Assembly: GCA_024698225.1 (NCBI GenBank)
Contig: JAILRK010000242.1
Coordinates: forward strand, 1 to 42,270
Direction of reading: 5' to 3'
Length of the DNA stretch: 42,270 nucleotides
Source: Oscillospiraceae bacterium
Lineage (GTDB): Bacteria; Bacillota; Clostridia; Oscillospirales; Oscillospiraceae
Position numbers and translations under genes: made by a program. Of the stretch, positions 17,737 to 27,542 are shown piece after piece. Positions within the stretch are counted from its first letter, which is position 1, and each line of letters starts with the position of its first letter. The notes below the pieces were generated by a model. The model ran no database searches, was not told where the DNA came from, and worked only from the letters and a program-made list of their open reading frames with translations.

Positions 17737-18696
17737 TTATTTGACCCAGCAGGCAACCTGATGTCCGCCGCCGCGGTCGGTGAGCGTCGGGCACTCCTGC
17801 GCGCACTGCTCAGTGGCGTAGCGGCAGCGGGTGCGGAAGGGACAGCCGGAGGGCCGGTGCAGCGGGCTGGGCACGTCGCCCTCGAGAATGATGCGCTTGC
17901 GCGCGCGCGTCACGTCGGGGTCGGGGATGGGCACGGCGGAGAGCAGCGACTCCGTATAGGGGTGCTGCGGGTGCTCGTTGAGCTCGTCCGCGTCCGCAAT
18001 CTCGACGATTTTGCCGAGATACATCACCGCGATGCGCCGGGAGATGTGGTGCACCACCAGAAGGTCGTGCGCGATGAACAGATACGCCACGCCCAGCTTT
18101 TCCTGCAGCTCCTCAAACATGTTGATGACCTGCGCCTGGATGGACACGTCCAACGCGGAGACCGGCTCGTCGCAGACGATGAACTTCGGGTTCACCGCCA
18201 GCGCGCGGGCAATGCCGATGCGCTGGCGCTGCCCGCCGGAGAACTCGTGGGCATAGCGGCGGGCGTGCTCGGCGTTGAGCCCGACGAAGCTCATCAGCTC
18301 CAGCACGCGCTCGCGCCGTTCCTTGCGGTTGGCGCAGAGGTGATGCACGTCCAGCGGCTCGCCGATGATGTCCTCGACCGTCATGCGCGGGTCGAGGGAG
18401 GAATAGGGGTCCTGAAAGACCATCTGCATCAGCTTGCGCATGTGCGTGATGTTCTTCGCCGTAACCGGCTCGCCGTCAAAGATGACCTCGCCCGCCGTGG
18501 GCTCGTAGAGGCGGAGGATGGAGCGCCCCGCCGTGGTCTTGCCGCAGCCGGATTCGCCCACCAGGCCCAGCGTCTCGCCCCGGCCGACGGTAAGCGAGAT
18601 GTCGTCCACCGCCTTGAGGGGAATGGTCTTGCCAAAGCCGGTCTTGACCGGGAAATACTGCTTCAGATTCCTGACTTCCAGCAGGGTATCGTTCAT
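17737..18696 (-). CDS. oppF: oligopeptide ABC transporter ATP-binding protein
   Basis: [35 protein letters not shown]-terminal CPFRTRC...C...C. Confidence 0.93.
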   Translation of the reverse strand: MNDTLLEVRNLKQYFPVKTGFGKTIPLKAVDDISLTVGRGETLGLVGESGCGKTTAGRSILRLYEPTAGEVIFDGEPVTAKNITHMRKLMQMVFQDPYSSLDPRMTVEDIIGEPLDVHHLCANRKERRERVLELMSFVGLNAEHARRYAHEFSGGQRQRIGIARALAVNPKFIVCDEPVSALDVSIQAQVINMFEELQEKLGVAYLFIAHDLLVVHHISRRIAVMYLGKIVEIADADELNEHPQHPYTESLLSAVPIPDPDVTRARKRIILEGDVPSPLHRPSGCPFRTRCRYATEQCAQECPTLTDRGGGHQVACWVK

Positions 18697-19688
18697 TTCG
18701 CTCGCACCTCCTCATAGGCGTCTTTGACGTTCATCCAGCACGCCGCCTTATGCGCGCCGTTGATGGTCAGCTCCTGCGGCACCTCCGTCAGGCAGATTTT
18801 CATCGCCGCGCTGCAGCGGGGACAGAAGGCGCAGCCCTTGGGCAGGTTGAGCATGTTAATCGGCGTGCCGGAGATGGGCACCAGCTTCTTTTTCATGTTG
18901 CTCACGTTGGGGATGGAGCGGAGCAGACCCTTGGTGTACTCGTGCCGCGGGTTGTAGAAAATCTCGCGCGCGGTGCCGCGCTCGCAGATGCGCCCGCCGT
19001 ACATGACCACGATGTTGTCGCACATGTCGGCAATCACGCCGAGGTCGTGCGTGACGAGGATGACCGCCATGCCCATCTTCTTTTGCAGGGACTGAATCAG
19101 TTCGAGAATCTGCGCCTGAATGGTCACGTCGAGCGCGGTGGTCGGCTCGTCGGCGATGAGGATGTCCGGCTCGCAGGCGAGCGCCATGGCAATCATGATG
19201 CGCTGGCGCATGCCGCCGGAAAGCTCAAAGGGGTACTGCTTCATGCGCTTTTCCGCCTCGTTGATGCCCACCAGCTCGATGAGCTCCTTGACGCGCCTGT
19301 CCGCCTCCGCGCCGCGGCGCTCGGTGTGCAGCACCACCGCCTCCTTGAGCTGGTTGCCGATGGTGAACACGGGATTGAGGCTGGTCATGGGGTCCTGAAA
19401 GATGATGGAGCAGTTCTTGCCGCGGAAGCTCTGCATCTGCGACTCGCTCCAGGTGGACAGGTCCTGTCCCTTGTAGAGGATTTTGCCGCCGACCACACGG
19501 CCGGTCTCGGCAAGAATCTGCATGATGGAGTACGCGGTGACGGATTTGCCGGAGCCCGACTCGCCCACGATGCCCAGAATCTCGCCATGGTCCAGCGCAA
19601 AGCTGACGCCGTTGACCGCCTGCACCTCGCCGGCGTCGGTGAAGAAGGAGGTGTGCAGGTCCTGTACGCTCAGTAATTTCTCACTCAT
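18693..19688 (-). CDS. oppD: oligopeptide ABC transporter ATP-binding protein
   Basis: [38 protein letters not shown]; ATG 19688 after GAGG. Confidence 0.93.
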   Translation of the reverse strand: MSEKLLSVQDLHTSFFTDAGEVQAVNGVSFALDHGEILGIVGESGSGKSVTAYSIMQILAETGRVVGGKILYKGQDLSTWSESQMQSFRGKNCSIIFQDPMTSLNPVFTIGNQLKEAVVLHTERRGAEADRRVKELIELVGINEAEKRMKQYPFELSGGMRQRIMIAMALACEPDILIADEPTTALDVTIQAQILELIQSLQKKMGMAVILVTHDLGVIADMCDNIVVMYGGRICERGTAREIFYNPRHEYTKGLLRSIPNVSNMKKKLVPISGTPINMLNLPKGCAFCPRCSAAMKICLTEVPQELTINGAHKAACWMNVKDAYEEVRAK

Positions 19689-19693
19689 ATCGC

Positions 19694-20770
19694 TCACCTC
19701 TTCAGCTTCGGGTCGAAGGCGTCACGCAGACCGTCGCCGAGCAGGTTCAGGCTCAGCACAATCAGGCAGATGATGACCGCCGGGAAGACCAGCTTGTACG
19801 GATAGCTCTGCAGTCCCTCGCGCGCGGCGTTCGCCAGCGAGCCGAGGGAGGGCATGGGCGCCTTGACGCCGATGCCGACGAAGCTCAGGAAGCTCTCGGT
19901 AAAGATGGCGGAGGGAATCTGCAGCGCCGTGGAAATGATGATGACGGACAGGCAGTTGGGCAGGATGTGCTTGCGGATGATGCGCCCGGGCTTTGCGCCG
20001 ATGGCACGCGCGGCGAGGACGTATTCGTTTTCCTTGATGGAGAGAATCTGGCCGCGAATCAGGCGCGCCATGCTCACCCAGTACAGCAGCCCGAACACGA
20101 TGAACAGGCTCACCATGCTCGTGCCCATGCGGTCAAGGAAGCTGCCCGGAGGGAACCTGAGCCGCTCGTCCAGCACGACCTTGAGCAGGATAATCATCAG
20201 CATGTCGGGCAGCGAGTAGATGATGTCCACGATGCGCATCATGATAAGGTCCGTTCGCCCGCCCATATAGCCGGAGATGCTGCCATAGAGCATGCCGGTG
20301 ATGAGCACGATGATGGAGGCGAAAAAGCCGATGAACAGCGAGATGCGCGTGCCGTAGACCACGCGGATGAAGTAGTCGCGGCACTGCTCGTCGGTGCCGA
20401 AGATGTGGGGGAAGCGCTCGCCGCCGTTCTCAATGTAGCGCTGCTCCATCTCGCTGTAGGTAAAGGGGGCGAGGTTCTTCGCGCCCTTGTCACGCTTGCC
20501 GTTGACGGAGAGGATTTCCTCATAGCGGTAGGGCACGACCATCGGCGCGACGATGATGGTGATGAGGATGACCGCCAACAGGACCAGGCTGCCCACCGCC
20601 AGCGGGTTTTTGAACAGCTTGCGCATGCCGTCCTTGAAGAAGGTGGTGCTCTCGCTCATGACGTCCTGCTGCCGCTTCTCCTCCTCGGTGGCGGGCGCAA
20701 AGGACGCATCGGTAAACTTGCTCAGGTCGACCTGCGCGCTGAGGATGTTTTTCTTCGGAATGTCGTTCAA
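19694..20770 (-). CDS. oppC: oligopeptide ABC transporter permease
   Basis: HIFGTDEQCRD, EYVLAARAIGA (EAA loop), LLGDGLRDAFDPK; TTG start after GGAGG. Confidence 0.92.
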   Translation of the reverse strand: MNDIPKKNILSAQVDLSKFTDASFAPATEEEKRQQDVMSESTTFFKDGMRKLFKNPLAVGSLVLLAVILITIIVAPMVVPYRYEEILSVNGKRDKGAKNLAPFTYSEMEQRYIENGGERFPHIFGTDEQCRDYFIRVVYGTRISLFIGFFASIIVLITGMLYGSISGYMGGRTDLIMMRIVDIIYSLPDMLMIILLKVVLDERLRFPPGSFLDRMGTSMVSLFIVFGLLYWVSMARLIRGQILSIKENEYVLAARAIGAKPGRIIRKHILPNCLSVIIISTALQIPSAIFTESFLSFVGIGVKAPMPSLGSLANAAREGLQSYPYKLVFPAVIICLIVLSLNLLGDGLRDAFDPKLKR

Positions 20771-20787
20771 GGTGCTTCCTCCCTTCC

Positions 20788-21699
20788 TCAATCCAGCTTA
20801 ATCCGCGGGTCAACCGCCTTGTACAGCAGGTCGCAGATCAGGTTGGCGATGACCATCAGCGACGCAAGGAAGATGGTGGTCGCCATAATCATGGTGTAGT
20901 CGCGGTTGTAGATGGCGCTGACGAACTTGCTGCCAAGACCCCCGATGGTGAAGATGGTCTCAATGACCATTGAGCCGGTGATGATGTAGGCAATCTGCGG
21001 CCCGGCATAGGTGATGACCGGGATGAGCGAGTTGCGCAGCGCGTGCTTGAAAATCAGCTTGAACTTGGACACGCCCTTGGCGCGCGCCGTGCGGATGTAG
21101 TCCTGGCTGAGCGCATCGAGCATGCTGGTTTTGGACAGGCGCGTGATGTACGCCATCGGATACGCCGAGAGCGCGACGATGGGCAGCACGTAGTTCTGGC
21201 TGTCTGCGCTCCACACGGGAATCCACTGCAGCTTGATGCAGAACACCAGCAACAGCAGCGTCGCCAGGATGAAGCTGGGCACCGCGGTGAACAGCGTGGA
21301 GAAAAAGACAATCAGGCGGTCAGGCAGCCTGTTGCGCATCAGCGCGGCGGTGCTGCCGAAGACGGTGCCGAAAAACAGCGCCACCAGCATCGCGCTCACG
21401 CCGAGGCGCGCCGAAATCGGGAAGGACTCGCCGATGATTGCGCCAATCTCACGCCCGTTTTTCAGCGACACGCCGAAATCGCCGTGCAGAAGGTTGTTCA
21501 GATACAGCAGGAACTGCTGCACAATCGGCTTGTCCAGGTTATACCGCTCGTTGAGCGCCGCAATGGTCGCCTCGCTGAGTGCCTTTTCCTTGTTGAACGG
21601 CCCGCCCGGGACGGCGTGCATCAGGAAAAAGGTGATCGCACAGATGATAAACACCGTTACGACCGCGAGCAGGACCCGCTTGATGATATACTTTGCCAC
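20788..21699 (-). CDS. oppB: oligopeptide ABC transporter permease
   Basis: MAKYIIKRVL, PGGPF, GDFGVS, DYIRTARAKG, VDPRIK. Confidence 0.93.
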   Translation of the reverse strand: MAKYIIKRVLLAVVTVFIICAITFFLMHAVPGGPFNKEKALSEATIAALNERYNLDKPIVQQFLLYLNNLLHGDFGVSLKNGREIGAIIGESFPISARLGVSAMLVALFFGTVFGSTAALMRNRLPDRLIVFFSTLFTAVPSFILATLLLLVFCIKLQWIPVWSADSQNYVLPIVALSAYPMAYITRLSKTSMLDALSQDYIRTARAKGVSKFKLIFKHALRNSLIPVITYAGPQIAYIITGSMVIETIFTIGGLGSKFVSAIYNRDYTMIMATTIFLASLMVIANLICDLLYKAVDPRIKLD

Positions 21700-21814
21700 A
21701 GTGTTTCTCCCTTCGCAGTAGTTTGCTTATTTACGCTAAGCATAGATTTTACACCCATTATGAAAAAAATGCAATGACAGTTTTTGTGAAACTGCATATA
21801 TGCCCCAAAAAGTG

Positions 21815-21844
21815 AAGCAAGCCGGTCTTTCGACCGGCTCGCTT
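21815..21844 (-). terminator. rho-independent terminator of the symporter gene
   Basis: Minus strand AAGCGAGCCGGTC-gaaa-GACCGGCTTGCTT followed by cacTTTT. Confidence 0.7.
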
Positions 21845-21919
21845 GCGTTGCAGTTCTGAACTTCCGTCTGTTTTCCGCCGTATCGCAGCCGCTGCCGGCT
21901 GCCGATGCGGTACGGGGCA

Positions 21920-23371
21920 TCAGTCTTCCTCGGGCGCAAGCTCGGTGGTGCGCGCCTTCGGCGGCATGAGCTTGGAGAACACGAGGAAGAACACAAGCCC
22001 GACCAGAAGCCCCGGAATGATGGGCTGGCTGACTTTCATGCCGAAGAGCATGCCCTTGGAGATTTTCTCCAGATAGACGACGACCACAGACCCGGTAATC
22101 ACGGACGCGATGGTTCCGGCAAGGGAGCCGCCGGTCCAGTAGTGACCGAGCACATAGGGGAAGAAGGTGCCTGCGGCACGCAGCGTGAAGGCGAAGGTCA
22201 GAATGGCGATGAGGCTTGCCGGGTTGAACAGCGCCGCCGCCATGGCAATCAGGCTGACAACCACCATCGTAATCTGCGTCACGCGCATGACCTCCTTGCT
22301 GCCGGCCTCCGGCTTGAGGACGGCGCGGTAGATGTCGTTGGCGAAAATGGACCCTGCGCCGAGCAGGTCGGAGTCGGAGGAGGACATCGTCGCGGAGATG
22401 ATGCCCGCAAAAAGCAGACCGCAGATGATGGCGGGCATGGTGCGCACCGCCAGCACGGGCAGCGCGTAACGCGCGCCGACCTCCGCAAACTCATCGGCAC
22501 TGAACACGCCCATGTTGATGAGCGCGAGCGTGATGATGCCGAGGATGGCGGGCACGAAGGCATAGATGAAGTTGATGATGGCCGCAAGGATGGAGCCCTG
22601 TCTCGCCGCCTTGCCGTCACGGGCGGCATAGTAGCGGGAGACCGCCTCCTGGCCGACCGTGAACGTGGCAACGTACATGACGACCAGCGAGATGACCGCC
22701 GTCGGGCTGTAGCCCTTGAACATGTCGAACGTCTCCGGCGGGACGTTTGCCACAACGTTGCCCCAGCCGCCCGCCTCGCTGAGCGCGAAGGGGATCGCGA
22801 TGATCATGCCGATGACAATCATGAACACCTGCACGAAGTCCGTCATCGTCACGCTCCACAGTCCGCCCATGACGGAGTAGGTCGTCACGACCACGGCGAC
22901 GAGAACGATGGCAGGCTTATAGCCGATGCCGAGCATGGTGGAAAGGATGGTGGCGGATGCGACGAACTGACCCTCGGTCAGTCCGATGAGGGGAATGAGC
23001 ATGATGATTGCCGTGAGGACGCCGGCGCTCTTGCCGTAGCGGCGGCGGAAGTACTCCGGCACCGTCTTTACAGCGGACGCGCGGAATTTGGGAGCGAGAA
23101 ACGTGAGGATGACGAAAGCAATGCCCATTGTGATGATGTACCACGCCGAGGAAATGCCGTGGTTCTGCATGCCCTGCTGGACCACGCCCAGGGAACTGCC
23201 GCCGCCGATTTCCGTTGCGGCCAGCGTGCCCGCCATAAGGAACGGACCAAGACGGCGTCCCGCCAGCATGAAGTCCGTGTTGGTGGTGATTTTCTTGGAG
23301 GAATACCAGCCAATCCACAGCATGAACAGCAGATACGCTACCACGACCACGATGATGATTCCGTTTGCCAT
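21920..23371 (-). CDS. sodium:solute symporter family protein
   Basis: DFMLAGRRLG, TVPEYFRRRYG, GGLWSVTMTDFVQ, AGIISATMSSSDS; ~13 TM; ATG 23371 after GAGG. Confidence 0.92.
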   Translation of the reverse strand: MANGIIIVVVVAYLLFMLWIGWYSSKKITTNTDFMLAGRRLGPFLMAGTLAATEIGGGSSLGVVQQGMQNHGISSAWYIITMGIAFVILTFLAPKFRASAVKTVPEYFRRRYGKSAGVLTAIIMLIPLIGLTEGQFVASATILSTMLGIGYKPAIVLVAVVVTTYSVMGGLWSVTMTDFVQVFMIVIGMIIAIPFALSEAGGWGNVVANVPPETFDMFKGYSPTAVISLVVMYVATFTVGQEAVSRYYAARDGKAARQGSILAAIINFIYAFVPAILGIITLALINMGVFSADEFAEVGARYALPVLAVRTMPAIICGLLFAGIISATMSSSDSDLLGAGSIFANDIYRAVLKPEAGSKEVMRVTQITMVVVSLIAMAAALFNPASLIAILTFAFTLRAAGTFFPYVLGHYWTGGSLAGTIASVITGSVVVVYLEKISKGMLFGMKVSQPIIPGLLVGLVFFLVFSKLMPPKARTTELAPEED

Positions 23372-23426
23372 TTTCTTTCTCCTCTCTGCACAAATAATAA
23401 CGCACTTATGCGCGCTTGATGTGGTG

Positions 23427-23455
23427 ATTATAGCAAGCTCAAGCAACGCAGTCAA
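23427..23455 (-). promoter_or_regulatory. sigma70 promoter of the symporter
   Basis: Minus strand TTGACT-17nt-TATAAT with TGn; the -35 overlaps the MFS stop codon. Confidence 0.7.
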
Positions 23456-24672
23456 CCACGTTTTTCAGATTCGACCAACTTTTTTCCGTACAGCAGGAGA
23501 AGAAGCAGCAGCATGAGCGCAAGCAGGGCGACCAGCGTCAGCATGGCAGGGCGGTAACTCTGCGCAGCGTCATAGCTCCAGCCAATCAGCGAGGCGAACG
23601 AGGCGTTTGCCAGCGTACCGGTGAGCATGACCAGCGGAAACACGCGCCGATAGTTCGCCTGCCCGAATACGTCCTTGGTGACAAGCGCCGGAACCACCGT
23701 TGTCAGCGAGAAGGCCAGCCCCTCCAGCGCGCCGAAGAGCAGCGCCGCCGTTGCCGTGCGCGCGTGCAGCAGAAAAAGCATGCCCGCGGCAATCAGCGCG
23801 GCGTAGACCATGGCGGGACGCCTGACGCCGAAGCGCTCCGAGAGCGCGCCAAGGAGCACCTTGCCGCCCGCGTTGGTGATCATGGAGGCCGAGAGCATGG
23901 CGGCGCCCACCGAGGCGCTGAGCGCGAAGGACGCGGCGACGCCGGGCATGTGGCTTGAGAACACGGAGACCGCGTTGGCGGACACCACGAGCAGCAGCAC
24001 CCCGGGCAGACGCCAACCGCCGCGCTGCGCCTCTGCCGTCTCTGCCCCGGGCGCGTCCTCCGTCTGCACGCGCGCGCCGCCCAGCGGTGTGAGTGCGCGG
24101 TCCTCCGGCCGGAGCGCAACGGGCAGCAGGATGAGCGGCGCATACAGCGCCAGCCCGACCAGCGCCTCCGCCCGGTATCCCGCGCGCCAGCCCGCCGTCT
24201 CTATCACGCGGGCAAGCAGCGGCGAGAGCAGCGCGCTGCCAATGCCGCCCGCCGCCATTGCAACGCCGGTGACGATGCTGTTTCCGCGCACGAACCAGTT
24301 GTTGATGACCACCGTGCCCAGCACGATGCACAGCATGCCCGAGGCAAAGCCCCGCAGCGCGCACAGGGCGTACATCACCGCCAGATTCGGCGCCCAGCCC
24401 ATCAGCAGCGTCGCTCCCACGGCACAGAGCGCACAGGCGCGGGTCAAAACGCGAAAATTGTCACCGCGGATGATGCGCGGGGAGACGTACTCTCCCGCCG
24501 CAAGCAGCAGGTTGTTGACCGTCAGCGTCAGGCTGACCGCCCCGCGTCCCACGCCGAAGGTCTCCTCCATGGGTGTGAAAAAAAGACCCGCGAGGTTTTT
24601 CAGGCTCAGCGACGCGCCAATCATGCCGCAAACCGCCAGCCAGACCATAGCATATTGTTTTGGAATCCGCAT
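23452..24672 (-). CDS. MFS transporter (OFA/MCT-like)
   Basis: ~12 TM; GLFFTPMEETFGVGRG, INNWF, GWRAGY, GKVLLGALSERFG. Confidence 0.85.
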   Translation of the reverse strand: MRIPKQYAMVWLAVCGMIGASLSLKNLAGLFFTPMEETFGVGRGAVSLTLTVNNLLLAAGEYVSPRIIRGDNFRVLTRACALCAVGATLLMGWAPNLAVMYALCALRGFASGMLCIVLGTVVINNWFVRGNSIVTGVAMAAGGIGSALLSPLLARVIETAGWRAGYRAEALVGLALYAPLILLPVALRPEDRALTPLGGARVQTEDAPGAETAEAQRGGWRLPGVLLLVVSANAVSVFSSHMPGVAASFALSASVGAAMLSASMITNAGGKVLLGALSERFGVRRPAMVYAALIAAGMLFLLHARTATAALLFGALEGLAFSLTTVVPALVTKDVFGQANYRRVFPLVMLTGTLANASFASLIGWSYDAAQSYRPAMLTLVALLALMLLLLLLLYGKKLVESEKRG

Positions 24673-24835
24673 TCCATCCGCCCCCCAAAGTGCAAAGCTT
24701 TCCCTGCACTATACCCCTGTCTGCCGCCAAAAACAAGACAAACATCCCATGTTCTGCGCAGTTTTTCCGAAACTGTACTTGTCAGCCCCCCGCCTTCTTG
24801 CATATAATACCGCAAAAAGAAAGGAAGGATATTGT

Positions 24836-25297
24836 ATGAAGAAATCCGCAACGTATCTGCTCTGCGTGCTTCTCGTCGAGCTCGCGGGCTTCGCCGTCGG
24901 TATGCTGACGGCGGAGGGAACCCGCCTCTATGCCGACTCCATTGTCAAGCCCCCGCTCTCCCCGCCGGGCATCGTGTTTCCCATCGCCTGGACGCTGCTG
25001 TACGCGCTTATGGCAATCGGTCTTGCGCGCATGCTGCTCTCCCCCGCGCCGCACGGCGCGGCCGTCGTCCTGTTTTTCGTGCAGCTTGCGCTCAACCTCG
25101 CCTGGTGCTTCATCTTCTTCGGTGCGCAGCGCTTTGACCTTGCGCTCGCAGAGCTCCTGCTGATGGCGGCCGCCGTGGTCGCCATGACGATTCAGTTCGC
25201 CCGCGTGGACCGGACGGCGGCCTGGCTGCAGCTGCCCTACCTCGTCTGGCTGTGTTTTGCGACCTATCTGAACATCGGCGTGCTCGTGCTGAACTGA
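24836..25297 (+). CDS. tspO: TspO/MBR tryptophan-rich sensory protein
   Basis: KPPLSPPGIVFPIAWTLLYALM, QLALNLAWCFIFF, LQLPYLVWLCFATYLN; ATG 24836 after a GGAAGG RBS; TTGTCA-18-TATAAT upstream. Confidence 0.92.
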   Translation: MKKSATYLLCVLLVELAGFAVGMLTAEGTRLYADSIVKPPLSPPGIVFPIAWTLLYALMAIGLARMLLSPAPHGAAVVLFFVQLALNLAWCFIFFGAQRFDLALAELLLMAAAVVAMTIQFARVDRTAAWLQLPYLVWLCFATYLNIGVLVLN

Positions 25298-25326
25298 GGC
25301 AGCGGCAGAGTCCATGAAAAACGACC

Positions 25327-25355
25327 TTGCCATTTGCGGACAAAGCGCGTATAAT
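25327..25355 (+). promoter_or_regulatory. sigma70 promoter
   Basis: TTGCCA-17nt-TATAAT. Confidence 0.7.
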
Positions 25356-25388
25356 GGCGCTTAAAATGCGGATAAAGGGAAGTTTTTT

Positions 25389-26669
25389 ATGAACACAAAC
25401 GACATTTATCAGACCCTCGGCGTCAGCGGCGCGGTGCTTGCGTTCGGAGAGGGCGTGCTCTCGACGCTGGCGGAGCGCTTTGGCGCCATCGACGCCAACG
25501 CCGAGCTCGGACAGGCGAAGGTGCTCGCCGCCATGCAGAAAAACCGCGTCAACGCCACGCACTTTGCCGCCACCACCGGCTACGGCTACGACGACGCGGG
25601 GCGCGACACGCTGGAGCGCGTCTACGCCGACACCTTCCACACGGAGGCGGCGCTGGTGCGCCCGCAGCTCGTCTGCGGCACGCACGCGCTCGCCGTGGCG
25701 CTGAGCGCCAACCTCCTGCCCGGGGACGAGCTGCTCGCCATCTCCGGCAAGCCCTATGACACGCTGGAGGAGGTCATCGGCATCCGCCCCTCACCCTGCT
25801 CGCTGGCGGAATACGGCGTCAGCTACCGGCAGGTCGACCTGCTGGACGACGGCAGCTTCGACCTCCCCGCCGTCCGCGCCGCGGTGACGGAGCGGACAAA
25901 GCTCGTGCACATCCAGCGCTCCAAGGGCTACCAGACGCGCCCGACGCTCAGCGTCGCCCAGATTGGCGAGGCGATTGCGGCGGTGAAGTCCGTCAAGCCG
26001 GACGCCGTGGTCATGGTGGACAACTGCTACGGCGAGTTCGTCGAGCCGACGGAGCCGAGCGACGTGGGCGCGGACATGTGCGTCGGCTCGCTCATCAAGA
26101 ATCCCGGCGGCGGGCTTGCGCCAATCGGCGGCTACATCGTCGGCACACAGCGCTGCATTGACCGCTGCGCCTACCGGCTCTCCGCCCCGGGGCTGGGACA
26201 GGAGGTCGGCGCGAACCTCGGGCTGCTGCCCGCGCTGTTTCAGGGCTTTTTCCTCGCCCCCACCGTCACCGCCGCCGCCGTGCGCGGCGCGGTGTTCGCC
26301 GCGGCGGCGTACGAGCAGCTGGGCTTCCGCGTCGTGCCCGCCTCGGACGAGGCGCGCCACGACGTGATTCAGGCCATCGAGCTGGGCAGCGAGGCGGCGA
26401 TGTGCGCGTTCTGCAAGGGCATTCAGCAGGCGGCGCCCGTGGACAGCTACGTCACGCCCGTGCCCGCGCCAATGCCCGGCTATGACGCGCAGGTCATCAT
26501 GGCGGCGGGCGCGTTCGTGCAGGGCAGCAGCATTGAGCTCTCCGCCGACGGCCCGGTGCGGGAACCCTATGCGGTGTACTTCCAGGGCGGACTGACCTGG
26601 CCGCACGCGAAGCTCGGCGTGCTGCTGTCGCTGCAGAAGCTGCTCGACGCAGGGCTCATTCAGCTTTGA
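25389..26669 (+). CDS. PLP-dependent methionine gamma-lyase family / aluminium-resistance (YnbB-like) protein
   Basis: TTGYGYDDAGRD, GTHAL, GKPYDTLEEVIG, IQRSKGY, DNCYGEFVE, GSLIKNPGGG, GSSIELSADGP. Confidence 0.92.
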   Translation: MNTNDIYQTLGVSGAVLAFGEGVLSTLAERFGAIDANAELGQAKVLAAMQKNRVNATHFAATTGYGYDDAGRDTLERVYADTFHTEAALVRPQLVCGTHALAVALSANLLPGDELLAISGKPYDTLEEVIGIRPSPCSLAEYGVSYRQVDLLDDGSFDLPAVRAAVTERTKLVHIQRSKGYQTRPTLSVAQIGEAIAAVKSVKPDAVVMVDNCYGEFVEPTEPSDVGADMCVGSLIKNPGGGLAPIGGYIVGTQRCIDRCAYRLSAPGLGQEVGANLGLLPALFQGFFLAPTVTAAAVRGAVFAAAAYEQLGFRVVPASDEARHDVIQAIELGSEAAMCAFCKGIQQAAPVDSYVTPVPAPMPGYDAQVIMAAGAFVQGSSIELSADGPVREPYAVYFQGGLTWPHAKLGVLLSLQKLLDAGLIQL

Positions 26670-26670
26670 C

Positions 26671-26704
26671 ATCAAAAAAGACGGCTTGCGCCGTCTTTTT
26701 TGAT
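26671..26704. terminator. bidirectional rho-independent terminator
   Basis: ATCAAAAAAGACGGC-ttgc-GCCGTCTTTTTTGAT. Confidence 0.9.
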
Positions 26705-26723
26705 TGCTCTGTCATCTTTGCCC

Positions 26724-27224
26724 TCACAGCGGGATGTCCACCACCGACACGCCGCGCCGCAGCGCGTATTCGATGGTGTTGCGCGTTCCGCCGGGCAAGC
26801 CGTCGTGCGCGGCGATGAGCAGCGAGGCATGGTCGACCATGTAGCGGTTGCGCCGCTGCATGCAGCCGGGGCTGTAGCGCTCCGCCACCATCGTCTCATA
26901 GTCGCACTGCTCCAGCAGCGCGTGGTAGCGCGCACGTGCCGCCGCGCTCCAGCGGTCCGCCTGTGTGGGGCAGGGCAGCGCCGCCTCAAGCGTGATGTGC
27001 GGGTAGCGCTGCTTGAGCGCGAGCACGATTTCGCAGAAATAGAGGTCGCAGCCCTCCGCCATGCCGCAGATGAAATGCTCGCTCCCCTCCTGAATCGCGC
27101 TCTCCACGGCGCTGCGGATGCGCGCCTTGAGCGCAAGGCAGCGCATGTCGTCCTCGGCCTTTCCCCACGGCAGCTTTGAGGGGCGATGCCCCGTAAAGCA
27201 GCAGCTGCACTGTCTTCCCCGCAC
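26724..27224 (-). CDS. SLOG-superfamily YspA/DUF1273 protein
   Basis: CCFTGHRP, FICGMAEGCDL, CMQRRNRYMVDH, GGTRNTIEYA. Confidence 0.88.
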   Translation of the reverse strand: MRGRQCSCCFTGHRPSKLPWGKAEDDMRCLALKARIRSAVESAIQEGSEHFICGMAEGCDLYFCEIVLALKQRYPHITLEAALPCPTQADRWSAAARARYHALLEQCDYETMVAERYSPGCMQRRNRYMVDHASLLIAAHDGLPGGTRNTIEYALRRGVSVVDIPL

Positions 27225-27253
27225 GGCAAACGCCCCCCTTCTCTTTGCCTCAC

Positions 27254-27282
27254 AGTATAGAACAGACGTTCACATTTGTAAA
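27254..27282 (-). promoter_or_regulatory. promoter of the SLOG gene with a perfect LexA box in the spacer
   Basis: Minus strand TTTACA-17nt-TATACT; GAAC-AGAC-GTTC at 27260-27271. Confidence 0.75.
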
Positions 27283-27298
27283 GAACAATCTTTCTCTC

Positions 27299-27327
27299 TT
27301 GACAAATGCCGCCGCATCGTGTATTGT
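27299..27327 (+). promoter_or_regulatory. sigma70 promoter of the FMN riboswitch-ribU unit
   Basis: TTGACA-17nt-TATTGT about 20 nt before the aptamer. Confidence 0.7.
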
Positions 27328-27348
27328 AACGAATGAGAACTGAATCAC

Positions 27349-27463
27349 CAGTCTTCGAGGCGGGGCGAAACTCCCCACCGGCGGTACAGCCCGCAAGCGG
27401 CAGACATGTCGCACGAATCGGTGAAATTCCGATGCCGACGGTAAAGTCCGGATGAGAGAAGAT
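27349..27463 (+). ncRNA. FMN riboswitch (RFN element)
   Basis: TCTTCGAGGCGGGGCGAAACTCCCCACCGGCGGTACAGCCCGC...CGGTGAAATTCCG.TGCCGACGGTAAAGTCCGGATGAGAGAAGA matches the RFN consensus; lies upstream of an ECF S-component. Confidence 0.95.
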
Positions 27464-27472
27464 GTGTATTGT

Positions 27473-27540
27473 CACGCTCTTTTGCGTCATGCACCCGAAG
27501 GCTTGTCTTTCGGTGCATTATCGTAAAGGAGTGTTTTTTT
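27473..27540 (+). terminator. riboswitch expression platform: terminator/RBS-sequestering hairpin
   Basis: Imperfect long stem (core ATGCACC...GGTGCAT; CTCTTTTGCG pairs with CGTAAAGGAG) followed by T7 just before the ATG. Confidence 0.6.
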
Positions 27541-27542
27541 CT

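Noticed and set aside
23810-24835. N-terminal 342 aa of the 495-aa ORF apparently fused to TspO
   Set aside because: Overlaps the MFS gene antisense; the real TspO starts at ATG 24836 with its own promoter and RBS
26672-27490. 272-aa minus-strand ORF spanning the riboswitch
   Set aside because: Its N-terminus is antisense FMN-riboswitch sequence and the rest is an alternative frame of the SLOG gene
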